Shown: positions 50,097 through 60,669, counted from the first letter of the stretch. The stretch is 64,000 bases of DNA from Candidatus Marinamargulisbacteria bacterium (GCA_049889215.1 JBMHDV010000027.1:97185-161184), one strand, 5' to 3'. Notes: generated by a model from the sequence alone, not told the origin. Made by a program: numbers and translations.

Positions 50097-51814
50097 TGAG
50101 TAAGTTTCCTCTGTCTACTATCCGTCATAGTGCTGCTCATGTATTAGCCCAGGCTGTACAAGTATTTTTTAATGATGCTAAGTTGGCGATTGGTCCTGCA
50201 ATTGATACTGGGTTTTACTATGATTTTGAGGTCTCAACTCCAATTACTGATGATGATTTGATTAAAATTGAAGCTGAAATGAACAAAATTGTTAATGAAG
50301 GTCAGGAATTTAAACAATATAACTTAACAAAAGATGATGCGATTTCATTTTTTTCAAAAAACAATCAAGACTATAAAATTGAAATTATAAATGAGCTTGG
50401 TGTAGATGAAGTATCTATTTACGAAAATGGTCCATTCACAGACTTATGTCGAGGTCCACACGTTGATAAAACATCTCAAATCGGCGCATTTAAATTACTA
50501 AAGGTATCCGGCGCATATTGGCGAGGCTCAGAAAAAAATAAAATGTTGCAACGTATATATGGAACAGCATTTTCATCACCAAAAGAATTAAAAAAATACT
50601 TGTTTCAGTTAGAAGAGGCAAAAAAAAGAGATCACCGAAAAATAGGTAAAGAATTAAAATTATTTAGTTTACAAGACGACATTGGTGGAGGGTTAGTTTT
50701 GTGGCATCCAAAAGGAGCTGCCATACGTACGGTGATTGAAGACCATTGGCGACAGGAGCATCAGAAAAGTGGTTACGAAACCGTATTTTCTCCTCATGTT
50801 GGCAAGGATCATTTATGGCATACCAGTGGCCATTTAGAGTTTTATGAAGAAAATATGTTTGCCTCAATGGATATTGATAATACCCCTTATTTCTTAAAAC
50901 CGATGAATTGCCCTTTTCATATTGCAATCTATCAACAGCAGCAGATGTCATATCGTGAACTACCAGTACGTTACGCTGAGCTAGGAACTGTCTATCGTTA
51001 CGAACGATCCGGTGTTTTACATGGCTTAATGAGGGTTCGTGGTTTCACACAAGACGATGCGCATATTTTTTGCACAGAAGATCAAGTAAAAACTGAGGTT
51101 CTTGCTGCGTTAAATTTTAGCTTAAGTATGTTAAAAACATTTGGCTTTGAAGAATATAAAATCTTTCTTTCAACCCGACCATCAGAAAAGTATGTTGGTG
51201 AAATTAAAGAATGGGATATTGCTGAAAAAGCCTTAAATGATGCGTTAATCGAACAAGGAATTAAGTTTGATGTTGATGCTGGTGGTGGTGCTTTTTACGG
51301 CCCTAAAATTGACATTAAAATTAAAGATTCAATTGGCAGAGAGTGGCAATGTTCAACCATTCAATTTGATTTCAATTTACCAACAAAATTTAATATCTCA
51401 TACATTAATTCTGATGGAGAAAAGCAACGTCCTTACATGATTCATCGCGCATTATTAGGTTCAATTGAACGTTTCTTTGGGATATTAATTGAACATTATG
51501 CAGGCAAATTTCCCACATGGCTGTCTCCCATACAACTTCGGTTAATTTCGTTAACAACAGATGCGGCTAATTTTATAGAAGAAATTAAGCAGGCTTGTCG
51601 CCATGCAGGTGTTCGATTTGATCATGATGATAGCAATGAAAAATTGGGATATAAAATACGCAAGGCACAAGTTGAAAAAATACCGTTAGTTGCAATTATA
51701 GGTGAAAAAGAATTAGCAGAAAAAAAACTAACCATTCGCTGTCGAGATTCTAAAAACCAACCGATACTTTCTATAGAAGAGTTAATCGACAAAATACAAA
51801 CAAAAAACATTTAG
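50096..51814 (+). CDS. thrS: Threonine--tRNA ligase (no N-terminal TGS domain)
   Basis: RHSAAHVLA, DLCRGPH, RDHRKIG, KPMNCP, RVRGFTQDDAH, FYGPKID. Confidence 0.98.
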   Translation: MSKFPLSTIRHSAAHVLAQAVQVFFNDAKLAIGPAIDTGFYYDFEVSTPITDDDLIKIEAEMNKIVNEGQEFKQYNLTKDDAISFFSKNNQDYKIEIINELGVDEVSIYENGPFTDLCRGPHVDKTSQIGAFKLLKVSGAYWRGSEKNKMLQRIYGTAFSSPKELKKYLFQLEEAKKRDHRKIGKELKLFSLQDDIGGGLVLWHPKGAAIRTVIEDHWRQEHQKSGYETVFSPHVGKDHLWHTSGHLEFYEENMFASMDIDNTPYFLKPMNCPFHIAIYQQQQMSYRELPVRYAELGTVYRYERSGVLHGLMRVRGFTQDDAHIFCTEDQVKTEVLAALNFSLSMLKTFGFEEYKIFLSTRPSEKYVGEIKEWDIAEKALNDALIEQGIKFDVDAGGGAFYGPKIDIKIKDSIGREWQCSTIQFDFNLPTKFNISYINSDGEKQRPYMIHRALLGSIERFFGILIEHYAGKFPTWLSPIQLRLISLTTDAANFIEEIKQACRHAGVRFDHDDSNEKLGYKIRKAQVEKIPLVAIIGEKELAEKKLTIRCRDSKNQPILSIEELIDKIQTKNI

Positions 51815-51824
51815 GAGGATTCCA

Positions 51825-52328
51825 ATTAAGAAATACATAAAAAATGAAAGCATAAAGGCAAAGGAAGTTCGCATTATCGGCGTTGATGGGGAACAAGTTG
51901 GTGTTTTACCAATCGATAAAGCATTAACCTTAGCAAAAGGACAGAATTTAGATTTACTTTTAATATCTGAACAAGCAACTCCACCTGTATGCAAAATAGT
52001 TGATTTTGGACAATTCAGATACCAGCAACAGAAAAAAGAAAAGAAAGCTAAAAAAAATACCAAAGCTCAAGTAATTAAAGAGTTGAAGTTGTCGCCAAAA
52101 ATTTCGGATCATGACTACAATGTACGCTTAAAAAATGGTATCAAATTTTTACAAAAAGGGTATTTAATTAAAATCGCTGTATTTTTTAAAGGGCGTGAAA
52201 TGACACATCCTGAAATTGGAAAAGACTTGTTAAATCGTTACAAAGAAGATATAAAAGAGTACGGTGATGTTTCAACATCATTGACACAAGGACATCGGAC
52301 ATTATATTTTGTTATAAATCCGAAGTAG
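51825..52328 (+). CDS. infC: Translation initiation factor IF-3 (ATT start)
   Basis: AGGAGG then ATT 51825 gives IKKYIKNESIKAKEVRII..PPVCKIVDFGQFRY..KELKLSPKISDHD, in frame with ORF 52083-52328; canonical thrS-infC-rpmI-rplT order. Confidence 0.95.
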   Translation: MKKYIKNESIKAKEVRIIGVDGEQVGVLPIDKALTLAKGQNLDLLLISEQATPPVCKIVDFGQFRYQQQKKEKKAKKNTKAQVIKELKLSPKISDHDYNVRLKNGIKFLQKGYLIKIAVFFKGREMTHPEIGKDLLNRYKEDIKEYGDVSTSLTQGHRTLYFVINPK

Positions 52329-52346
52329 GATCTTAAGGAAAAAGGT

Positions 52347-52550
52347 ATGAAAAAGTTTAAGCAAAAAACAAATAGTTCAGCAAAAAAAAGATTTAAAATT
52401 ACAGGTACTGGAAAAGTTATGCGCCGTAAAACTGGAATGAGACATTTGCTTTCTCATAGAAGTGCGCGTACAAAAGTTTGCAAAAGAGGCGATTTTGAAA
52501 TCTCACCTTCTGATAAAGCAAAGTTGACTGTATTAATTCCAGGATTATAA
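52347..52550 (+). CDS. rpmI: 50S ribosomal protein L35
   Basis: [17 protein letters not shown]. Confidence 0.95.
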   Translation: MKKFKQKTNSSAKKRFKITGTGKVMRRKTGMRHLLSHRSARTKVCKRGDFEISPSDKAKLTVLIPGL

Positions 52551-52560
52551 GGAGTAAGTC

Positions 52561-52908
52561 ATGGCAAGAGTAAAACGAGGAAATGTAGCTAGAAACAGAC
52601 GTAAAAAGGTCTTAAAGCTTGCAAAAGGCTTTAGAGCATCACTATCTGTTTTATATCGTCAGGCAAAGCCAGCGGTTTACCGTGCTTTATCGTATCAGTA
52701 TCGTGACCGTCGTCGTCGTAAGCGTGATTTTCGCAAATTATGGATTGCGAGAATTAACGGTGCTTTATTTAATACTGATCTTAATTATTCAAGGTTTATC
52801 CAATTATTATCGAAAAATAATATAAAGTTAAACCGAAAGATGATAAGCGAAATCGCGATTAAATCTCCGGAAGCTTTCTCAAAATTGGTATCGTTAGTTC
52901 GATCATAA
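52561..52908 (+). CDS. rplT: 50S ribosomal protein L20
   Basis: [28 protein letters not shown]. Confidence 0.98.
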   Translation: MARVKRGNVARNRRKKVLKLAKGFRASLSVLYRQAKPAVYRALSYQYRDRRRRKRDFRKLWIARINGALFNTDLNYSRFIQLLSKNNIKLNRKMISEIAIKSPEAFSKLVSLVRS

Positions 52909-52922
52909 TTTAAGGAGTTTAC

Positions 52923-53417
52923 ATGATAGAAATGCACTTGGGAGGCTTAGGCTTTGATCCCAAAAATATGTCACCCATTGTACTATTAAGAGACACTGAA
53001 GAGCGTAATTTTTTACCGATATGGATTGGCATGTTTGAAGCAGCTGCCATTGCCATGGAACTTCAAGATTTCAAACCACCACGTCCAATGACACATGACT
53101 TATTAATTAAGTTCGCGGAAAATTTAGGAGCTAAAGTTGACCGAATTGTTATTAACGAAATAAATGACAATACATTTTTTGCTGTTGTGGACTTAATCAA
53201 AGGTGAAAATAAGGAAAAAATTAGAATTGATGCACGGCCTTCTGACGCAATTGCAATCGCAGTTCGATCCAAAGCATCCATCTTTGTATCCGAGTCAGTC
53301 ATGATGAAAGCTAAGATGGTCAACGCTGAAAAAGATGAAAAAGAAACACAGAAATTTAATAGTTTTATTGACAATATAAAGCCTGAAGATTTTTCAAGTT
53401 ACTTCGATTCTCGTTAG
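52923..53417 (+). CDS. Bifunctional nuclease family protein (DUF151)
   Basis: LPIWIGMFEA, RPMTHDL, DARPSDAIAIA. Confidence 0.92.
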   Translation: MIEMHLGGLGFDPKNMSPIVLLRDTEERNFLPIWIGMFEAAAIAMELQDFKPPRPMTHDLLIKFAENLGAKVDRIVINEINDNTFFAVVDLIKGENKEKIRIDARPSDAIAIAVRSKASIFVSESVMMKAKMVNAEKDEKETQKFNSFIDNIKPEDFSSYFDSR

Positions 53418-53491
53418 TAGAACAAAAAAGCTTCTCCAATTTCTTTTCATACGTTAATATTTTTTAATTCCATAACAAAAGGAGTTAATTA

Positions 53492-53767
53492 ATGTTAGTC
53501 AAACTTTACCAACGAACACATAACGGTTTAAATAATCGGTCACTCGGAATTGCACGTTGGTTGACCCACGCATCAAGTGATACAACGTGGCAAGACAACA
53601 CCCCAAGCCATATGTCGCATGAGGAGTATAGGAAAAGCTGGATAGATGCTTTAAGTACCAAACAGCAAACAAAGATCGAATTTCCATCACAACGACTGGA
53701 TAGGCATCAATCAAGGGACACTATCATTAGGGCATGGATTAATGTTATTCAATCCAACCCTAATTAA
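53492..53767 (+). CDS. Hypothetical small protein
   Basis: 91-aa ORF filling an intergenic gap, with a strong AAGGAG RBS 7 nt upstream; no recognisable family. Confidence 0.6.
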   Translation: MLVKLYQRTHNGLNNRSLGIARWLTHASSDTTWQDNTPSHMSHEEYRKSWIDALSTKQQTKIEFPSQRLDRHQSRDTIIRAWINVIQSNPN

Positions 53768-53788
53768 CAAAGATATACAATATTAGAT

Positions 53789-55072
53789 TTAAATTCGTTT
53801 TAGATAGTCACACAATGCTGTAATGCCTTCAATAACATTAGCAGTATAAGTGTTATAAAATTCATCGTTGAGTTCTTTACCGCTTTTGTAGGCTTTAATT
53901 GCTGCAGTTCCGTCAAAATCAACATAGCACATGCGTGAATAAAAATGTGTTTCATCAAAACCAAAGGCTGATGCTGGTAACATTGCAACACCCTCTTCAT
54001 TTAACAGTGCAACGCAAAACTTTTCAGCGGTATCTATTCCTTTGGCCTTTAACGCATCTTTATAGAAACTAAAGTCAGGGAAAATATAAAAGCCGCCATC
54101 TGGCATGTGAATGTTTACATTTACGTTTTTAAGTAAATCAACAATTCGTTTAGCTAACCCTTTTAAAATGACACGCTCAGAGTTAATAAAATCGCTTAAT
54201 TCCGACATGTTATTGTAAATATCAGTAGCTGCAAATTGAACTGGAGCAGCGGTTGTTGAATAGGTTTCAGACGCAATACCGTTATAAGTTACTTTTAAAG
54301 CTTTGGATGCATTTTCAGGAAATATACCTGCACCAAAACGCCAACCACCAGCACCACACCATTTTGATAGTCCAGTGGTTACAAATGTACCCTCTGGATA
54401 AAACTCAGCTATTGAACGGTGGTTTCCTTCATGATCCAACCAGCCATAGATTTCATCAGAAATAACAAGAACTTGATGGTTTCTTGCAACAGTTGCAATT
54501 TCAACCAATTCTTCTGGTGTGTATGTCATGCCTGTTGGGTTACCCGGATAATTTAACACAAGGATCTTTTGTGAATCATTTGTAATGTTTTTACAAATAG
54601 CATCAAAGTTAGCCGGTGTTATTTTCCACTTTAATTCAAAATTTGTTGGAATTTGAACCACATCATGGTTGAGTAGAGATGCTTGAGGCGCATAAGATAC
54701 CCACGATGGCTGTGGCAATATAACAGTTGCGTTTTGATAACACGCCATGACAGAATAAATGATCATTTTAGAACCGGGGGCAATAACAACATCATCCCCA
54801 GAAATATTTGGACGATAGTTTTCATGAGCTTTAGCAACAGCGTTGCGACATGTATCAAGACCCGCGACAGGAAGATAATCATGTTGTGGGGCATAATTCT
54901 TTAAAGATTCAACTGCAGATATGGGTGGTGAGAATGGCGATTGACCAAACCCAAATTTATAAATCTTTTTATCACTCGTTTTTTTTAGATTATCTTGAGC
55001 TTCATTGATTAATAATGTTTCAGAATGGCTAATTGGCCTTAAATTTGTTTCTTCTAATTGAAATGTTGTCAT
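53789..55072 (-). CDS. PLP-dependent class I/II aminotransferase (aspartate aminotransferase-like)
   Basis: GFGQSPF, PSWVSY, NYPGNPTG, SDEIY, GLSKWCGAGGWRFG. Confidence 0.9.
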   Translation of the reverse strand: MTTFQLEETNLRPISHSETLLINEAQDNLKKTSDKKIYKFGFGQSPFSPPISAVESLKNYAPQHDYLPVAGLDTCRNAVAKAHENYRPNISGDDVVIAPGSKMIIYSVMACYQNATVILPQPSWVSYAPQASLLNHDVVQIPTNFELKWKITPANFDAICKNITNDSQKILVLNYPGNPTGMTYTPEELVEIATVARNHQVLVISDEIYGWLDHEGNHRSIAEFYPEGTFVTTGLSKWCGAGGWRFGAGIFPENASKALKVTYNGIASETYSTTAAPVQFAATDIYNNMSELSDFINSERVILKGLAKRIVDLLKNVNVNIHMPDGGFYIFPDFSFYKDALKAKGIDTAEKFCVALLNEEGVAMLPASAFGFDETHFYSRMCYVDFDGTAAIKAYKSGKELNDEFYNTYTANVIEGITALCDYLKRI

Positions 55073-55129
55073 AATAAATCTATTATATCATCAGGAAGAA
55101 AGTTCTCAATCTATAAATAAGGGCGACTT

Positions 55130-56335
55130 ATGAAAAATTTACAATTAAACATTATTATTGCTGTTGGATTGGGTGTGTTAGCTGGGTTTTTAGCGGGAGA
55201 TTTTGTAAAAGTATATTTGCTATTAGGGAAGTCATTCATTACCTTACTCAAATATATTGTTGTTCCATTGGTATTTGCATCACTAATTTCAGGGGTTATC
55301 AGCTTAGGAAGTCTGTCATCATTACGTAAAATGGGCTTAAAGACATTGGCCTATTTTATTGCAACTACTGGAATAGCCTCTACCATTGGAATTCTATTGG
55401 CCATTATTATTAACCCTGGAAAAGGATTTGTTTTAAAAGCCGCAACAAATGGTGCGCCTAAAGCAGTTGCAGGTGCGATGACATTCAAGCAAATGTTCAT
55501 TCAAATTATCCCAACAGATTTTATAGGATTTATTTCCGGTGGAAACATGTTGTTTTTGATCATCATTTCTATACTTATTGGGGTGTTAATTATCTCTTTT
55601 GGTCGAAATATTGCTTTTCCGATAGATGAGTTATTCGAAGGATTTAATGAATTTATGATGATCATTACAAATTTTGTGATTGCATTATCACCAATTGGTA
55701 TTTTTGGATTGGTTGCACATTTAATTGCAACGACCGGTACAGATGCTTTCTTACCATTGTTAAAATATATGTTAGTTGTTTTTGTCGGTTTAATTCTTCA
55801 TGCGATTGGTGTGATTCCATTATTTCTCAAGTTATTCGTTAAAGTATCGCCGATTGCAGTTGCTAAGGATGTATTTACATCGTTAACAACAGGCTTTACT
55901 ACCGCAAGTTCAGCAGCAACATTACCAATACTTATGGAAGATGCCAGAAAAAAATTGAAAGTTCCAAATAAAGTAGCAAGCTTTGTTTTGCCTTTAGGTA
56001 TTACTATAAATATGGATGGCACGGCACTTTTTCAATCAGTTGCAGCTGTGTTTATTGCTCAAATTTACGGCGTCCCGTTGTCAATCACAAGTTTAGGCTT
56101 AATTGTTTTTATAGCAATATTAGCATCCATAGGTGCTGCAGCCGTTCCTAGTGCTGGGATAATCACATTGGCAATGATTTTAACAGCCATTGGCGTACCA
56201 TTAGAAGGTACAGGAATTATTCTTGGTATTGATCGTGTATTAGATATGAATCGGACAACTGTTAATCTTTGGGGTAATACATCTGCATCTTTGGTAGTAA
56301 CTAAGTGGTTAGGTAAAGACGCATATGAAAACTAA
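55130..56335 (+). CDS. Dicarboxylate/amino acid:cation symporter (DAACS/GltP family)
   Basis: TASSAATLP, PLGITINMDGT, GAAAVPSAG, DRVLDMNRTTVN. Confidence 0.94.
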   Translation: MKNLQLNIIIAVGLGVLAGFLAGDFVKVYLLLGKSFITLLKYIVVPLVFASLISGVISLGSLSSLRKMGLKTLAYFIATTGIASTIGILLAIIINPGKGFVLKAATNGAPKAVAGAMTFKQMFIQIIPTDFIGFISGGNMLFLIIISILIGVLIISFGRNIAFPIDELFEGFNEFMMIITNFVIALSPIGIFGLVAHLIATTGTDAFLPLLKYMLVVFVGLILHAIGVIPLFLKLFVKVSPIAVAKDVFTSLTTGFTTASSAATLPILMEDARKKLKVPNKVASFVLPLGITINMDGTALFQSVAAVFIAQIYGVPLSITSLGLIVFIAILASIGAAAVPSAGIITLAMILTAIGVPLEGTGIILGIDRVLDMNRTTVNLWGNTSASLVVTKWLGKDAYEN

Positions 56336-58256
56336 AGTCTGGTCACCACCAAAGAGTTACTTTGAAGAAACACATCTTGCTCGATTTATTACGAATGTAA
56401 ATAGGGAAAAAAACATATCACTTTCCTCGTTTAATGATATCCATGACTTTTCTGTTAATCAGGTCAGTGATTTTTGGCGCTTAGCCTCAGATTATTTAGA
56501 CATTCAATACACAAAGGAAGCGGACGTTATTTGTGATGATACTACAAATATGCCTTACACAAAGTGGTTTAAAGGGGCAAGATTAAACTATGCTCAAAAC
56601 TTATTACGAAATCGATCGAATGATTTAGCTATTTACGAAGTTGACGAGTCAGGTTTATTAAACACATTAACGTGGTCAGATTTATACAAAGTAACATCTC
56701 AGTGGGTTCAGTTTTTTCAGGATAATGGAATTGTTAAAGGGGACCGTGTTGCTGGGATATTACCCAATAACTTGACCGCAATAGTTGCTATGTTGGCAGC
56801 AACATCCTTGGGTGCTGTATGGAGTTCTTGTTCACCCGATTTTGGTGAAAAAGGGATTTGTGATCGGTTGGAACAAATTCAACCAAAATGCATTATCTCT
56901 ATATCTTCTTATCAGTACAAAGGTAAGTTAATAAACATTGTTGAGCGATTAAATCAAATTAAGGAAAATCTTCCAACGACATCATTATGGATAAATGCTT
57001 CAGCTGAAACTATTCATCATTGGTCATCAACAGAGTTAATAAAACAAATTAAACCTACTGAAATTAATTTTGTTCCTTGTGACTTTCAAGATCCATTATT
57101 TATCTTATTTTCTTCAGGAACAACCGGGAAACCTAAATGCATTGTGCATAGTGTTGGTGGTACCTTATTACAACACAAAAAAGAGCACCAGCTGCATTGT
57201 AATCTACAGCCAAATGATACGATGTTTTACTATACGACCTGTGGTTGGATGATGTGGAATTGGATGGTATCTGCATTAGCGAGTAATGTATCTCTTGTTT
57301 TATTTGATGGTGCAGCTTTAACACCAAAGTTTTCTATATGGGATTTGGTTGAAGATTATCATATTGATGTTTTTGGCTGTTCAGCATCATTTATTGGTGC
57401 CTCAGAAAAAAGAAAAATTGATCTCAATGAGAAGTTGAAATCTCAATCTGTTAAATTAATTCTATCAACAGGGTCGCCACTTTTACCCAATCATTATGAT
57501 TATATCTATTCAAATCTTGAGTACCCCGTTCAACTAGGTTCAATATCTGGTGGAACTGATATTATTTCATGCTTTGCTTTATGCAATCCATTAACACCAG
57601 TTGTGAGAGGGTTAATTCAAGGCAAAGGCTTAGGAATGGATATTGCATCATTCAACGACAGTAAAAGTGAATTAGTAAATGAAAAAGGGGATTTGGTTTG
57701 TAAGCAATCTGCCCCATCAATGCCAATTTATTTCCTGGATGATGAGAATAATGAAAAGTATTTATCAGCGTATTTTAAATCTGGCGACGCTGCTGAGTGG
57801 TATCACGGAGATTATGTTATTGTTACTGATGACGGTATGGTTGAGATCTTAGGCCGAAGTGATTCTACTTTAAATCCGGGTGGTATACGAATTGGTACTG
57901 CCGAATTTTATCAGATTTTGGAAGGTTTTAATCAAATTCAAGATTCTTTGGTTAGTTCTGTGATTATGGATAACGAGGAAAAAATAGTATTGTTTGTTAA
58001 ACTAAAAAATGATTTGGATCTTTCTGCTGAACTTAAGAAAGAAATCAGAACTCAGTTAAAAGACAATGCCTCGCCGCGTCATATGCCACAAATGATTGTT
58101 AAAGTGGACGATATTCCATACACAAAGAATGGAAAAAAATGTGAAGTGAATGTTAAGCAAATTTTAAGAGGCGACGATTTAATTGTTCAAAAGTCGACAC
58201 TATTGAATGAAAACTCATTTGATGAGTATATTCAATTTGCTAAACAATTAGCATGA
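56325..58256 (+). CDS. Acetoacetate--CoA ligase (acetoacetyl-CoA synthetase)
   Basis: WFKGARLNYAQN, WSSCSPDFG, SSGTTGKPKCIVH, GWMMWNW, SISGGTD, GRSDSTLNPGGIRIGTAE. Confidence 0.92.
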   Translation: MKTKVWSPPKSYFEETHLARFITNVNREKNISLSSFNDIHDFSVNQVSDFWRLASDYLDIQYTKEADVICDDTTNMPYTKWFKGARLNYAQNLLRNRSNDLAIYEVDESGLLNTLTWSDLYKVTSQWVQFFQDNGIVKGDRVAGILPNNLTAIVAMLAATSLGAVWSSCSPDFGEKGICDRLEQIQPKCIISISSYQYKGKLINIVERLNQIKENLPTTSLWINASAETIHHWSSTELIKQIKPTEINFVPCDFQDPLFILFSSGTTGKPKCIVHSVGGTLLQHKKEHQLHCNLQPNDTMFYYTTCGWMMWNWMVSALASNVSLVLFDGAALTPKFSIWDLVEDYHIDVFGCSASFIGASEKRKIDLNEKLKSQSVKLILSTGSPLLPNHYDYIYSNLEYPVQLGSISGGTDIISCFALCNPLTPVVRGLIQGKGLGMDIASFNDSKSELVNEKGDLVCKQSAPSMPIYFLDDENNEKYLSAYFKSGDAAEWYHGDYVIVTDDGMVEILGRSDSTLNPGGIRIGTAEFYQILEGFNQIQDSLVSSVIMDNEEKIVLFVKLKNDLDLSAELKKEIRTQLKDNASPRHMPQMIVKVDDIPYTKNGKKCEVNVKQILRGDDLIVQKSTLLNENSFDEYIQFAKQLA

Positions 58257-58627
58257 TTTAATAATTTAGATCGTTTACTTAAGTCTTTATTAAATACCAT
58301 GGGCCAAACATAGCGTTGTGGAAAGCTATTAATCATTGATTTTAAAAATGATATGGATAGATCAGAATAGTAAATGGCGCCATTTGCACCATCAGGAAGT
58401 TGATTTGTTTTTCCTAAAATATAAATAGGTGTTAAAACATTATATGACCGAATGTAATTGATTAGTTTTTGGCAAGAATGGTGGGCACGGAGTAATATAA
58501 TGGCCTGCTTATAATGAGGTTGATAAAAAATATCTCGAATGGATTTTGAAACGATATTGGGATTATTAAATATAGGATGGTGGCGTAGAATCGCATCGTT
58601 TTGAATATGATAGACGTCAATTACCAT
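58232..58627 (-). CDS. Hypothetical protein, possibly a degenerate receiver domain
   Basis: KLINYIRSYNVLTPIYILG..GANG resembles the C-terminal half of a REC fold; TATACT lies 5 nt before the ATG. Confidence 0.45.
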   Translation of the reverse strand: MVIDVYHIQNDAILRHHPIFNNPNIVSKSIRDIFYQPHYKQAIILLRAHHSCQKLINYIRSYNVLTPIYILGKTNQLPDGANGAIYYSDLSISFLKSMINSFPQRYVWPMVFNKDLSKRSKLLNHANCLAN

Positions 58628-58708
58628 AAAAAGAGTATAATTTAATAAAATTAAATGTGCAATGATTCACTATTGGTGTGTTTAGTCGCAATGTTTTAAA
58701 ATTAAAAC

Positions 58709-59344
58709 ATGATACTTAGGTTCATAGCATTGTTATTCGGCATTTTTCCATTGAATGCAGACGTAAATCATCGATTAACGTATGATCACGATCAAGTTAG
58801 AGCAGGATTTAATATAATTATAGTTATTGAACAAATATCGAATGACGTGTCGGTGAATCGACCGATTTTAACTCGTCTACGTACCAAGATAGAGAATCAA
58901 GTCATCGAATCATCACCACAATCTGCTTTAAATGATTTGGTCAATAATGGCTATCAATTAATTACGTTATCTTATTTAAATAATAATGAATTATTTCAAC
59001 CAGGACTGGATCAAACCCACATGTCTATTCACTATCCAATTCGATCACGTTATGCATTAAATTCAGAGCGGAAAATATTTACTAATGGGTTTATGAGCAT
59101 CGATCAATTTGTTCGTTCAGCGGTTATGTATCGACCACTTTGTATTTTGATTATTTTACCAAAAGAACAACAAAGTCGACTTTCACGGATGGCCATTAAT
59201 CGGCAAAGTTTTTACTTAAAGCGCGATTTTTCTTTAATCAATTTGTATCATGAAATACACAAACGTCGATATTTATATCCCAATAAATTAATTCTGTTTT
59301 CTTCGTTAGATGCAAAACAAGGGATTGTATTTAATAATAAATAA
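58709..59344 (+). CDS. Hypothetical exported protein
   Basis: 211-aa ORF with signal-peptide-like N-terminus; TAAAAT 6 nt before the ATG. Confidence 0.55.
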   Translation: MILRFIALLFGIFPLNADVNHRLTYDHDQVRAGFNIIIVIEQISNDVSVNRPILTRLRTKIENQVIESSPQSALNDLVNNGYQLITLSYLNNNELFQPGLDQTHMSIHYPIRSRYALNSERKIFTNGFMSIDQFVRSAVMYRPLCILIILPKEQQSRLSRMAINRQSFYLKRDFSLINLYHEIHKRRYLYPNKLILFSSLDAKQGIVFNNK

Positions 59345-59385
59345 TCCTTATAGACAGTCGAATAGACGCGACTTATAATGAGTCT

Positions 59386-60261
59386 ATGATAAAAACAACT
59401 GTACATACTCAATTTGATTTTGATTTAAAACTTTTTCGCCGAGGAAAAGTTAGGGACGTTTTCGATTTTGGTGATCAATTACTAATTGTTTCTTCAGATC
59501 GAGTCTCGGCTTTTGATGAAGTTATCGAAAGAGGTATTCCAAATAAAGGTCAAATTCTGACACAAATCAGCAAATTCTGGTTTGATAAATTAAATATTCC
59601 AAATCATTACATTTCTACGGATGTTAATGACTTTCCTGCAGAGACTAAGCCGTATCACGATATTATGGTAGGTCGTAGTATGTTGGTTAAAAAAACAGAA
59701 CTAATACCAATTGAGTGTGTTGTACGTGGTTACATCATAGGATCAGGTTGGAAGGATTATCAACAAACAGGTGCTGTTTGTGGTCACCAATTACCTGAAG
59801 GTTTGCAATTGGCACAACAATTGTCAGAGCCATTATTTACCCCTGCGGCGAAAGCATTAGAAGGCCATGACGAAAATATATCCGTCAAACAAATGCAAGA
59901 CCAAATAGGTACTGAATTAACAGAAAAGCTTGAGAGATTAAGTATGGATATTTATTTGCAAGCGGCAGAGTACGCCAATGAACGTGATATTATCATTGCA
60001 GACACCAAGTTTGAGTTTGGTCTTTTAAATGGCGAAGTGATTATTATTGATGAAGTATTAACCCCAGATTCATCTCGATTTTGGGCTAAAGATACGTATC
60101 AAGTTGGCTCATCTCCAAAAAGCTTTGATAAGCAAATTGTTCGTGACTACATTGCGACGACTGATTGGGATAGAAAATCCAGCATTCCATCGTTACCAGA
60201 TGAAATTGTTGAAAAAACAGCTGCTGAGTATAGCAAAATACACCAACTATTAACGAAATAA
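59386..60261 (+). CDS. purC: SAICAR synthetase
   Basis: RGKVRD, SDRVSAFD, ECVVRGY, ADTKFEFG, DEVLTPDSSRFW, DKQIVRD. Confidence 0.97.
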   Translation: MIKTTVHTQFDFDLKLFRRGKVRDVFDFGDQLLIVSSDRVSAFDEVIERGIPNKGQILTQISKFWFDKLNIPNHYISTDVNDFPAETKPYHDIMVGRSMLVKKTELIPIECVVRGYIIGSGWKDYQQTGAVCGHQLPEGLQLAQQLSEPLFTPAAKALEGHDENISVKQMQDQIGTELTEKLERLSMDIYLQAAEYANERDIIIADTKFEFGLLNGEVIIIDEVLTPDSSRFWAKDTYQVGSSPKSFDKQIVRDYIATTDWDRKSSIPSLPDEIVEKTAAEYSKIHQLLTK

Positions 60262-60300
60262 ACGAATACTAAATTAATTTTTATTTTTGAGACGTATTTA

Positions 60301-60669
60301 TTAACTCACAAGTTGAGAAATAGATCGTCTCAATTCGTTAACGTCAAAAGGTTTTGATAGTTTGTGAGATACATTTGCAACGTTTAGGGTGCATTGCCCA
60401 GCCATTAATGATTCTCCTGTTAATAACATGATTTTTACATCTTTATTAATGGAGTTATTTATAGCTAAATTTGCAAATAAATAACCGGATAATTTTGGCA
60501 TTCTTAAATCTAAAATAATGCAATCGACCCATTCGTTTCGTATAATTTCCAATCCATCTTCACCGTTTGAGGCAAGAAAAATATTATAACCTTCTTTAGT
60601 AAGGACATAATCCAACGTTTCTAATATCGACAAATCATCGTCGACAACTAACAAAGTTTTGGGTGACAC
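60301..60669 (-). CDS. Single-domain response regulator
   Basis: LVVDDD, ILDLRMPKLSG, LLTG, KPFD. Confidence 0.92.
   Translation of the reverse strand: MSPKTLLVVDDDLSILETLDYVLTKEGYNIFLASNGEDGLEIIRNEWVDCIILDLRMPKLSGYLFANLAINNSINKDVKIMLLTGESLMAGQCTLNVANVSHKLSKPFDVNELRRSISQLVS

Noticed and set aside
51782-52063. 93-aa minus-strand ORF and apparent gap before ORF 52083
   Set aside because: The region is the 5' half of infC, which starts at ATT 51825. ATT initiation of infC is well known, so it is not novel.
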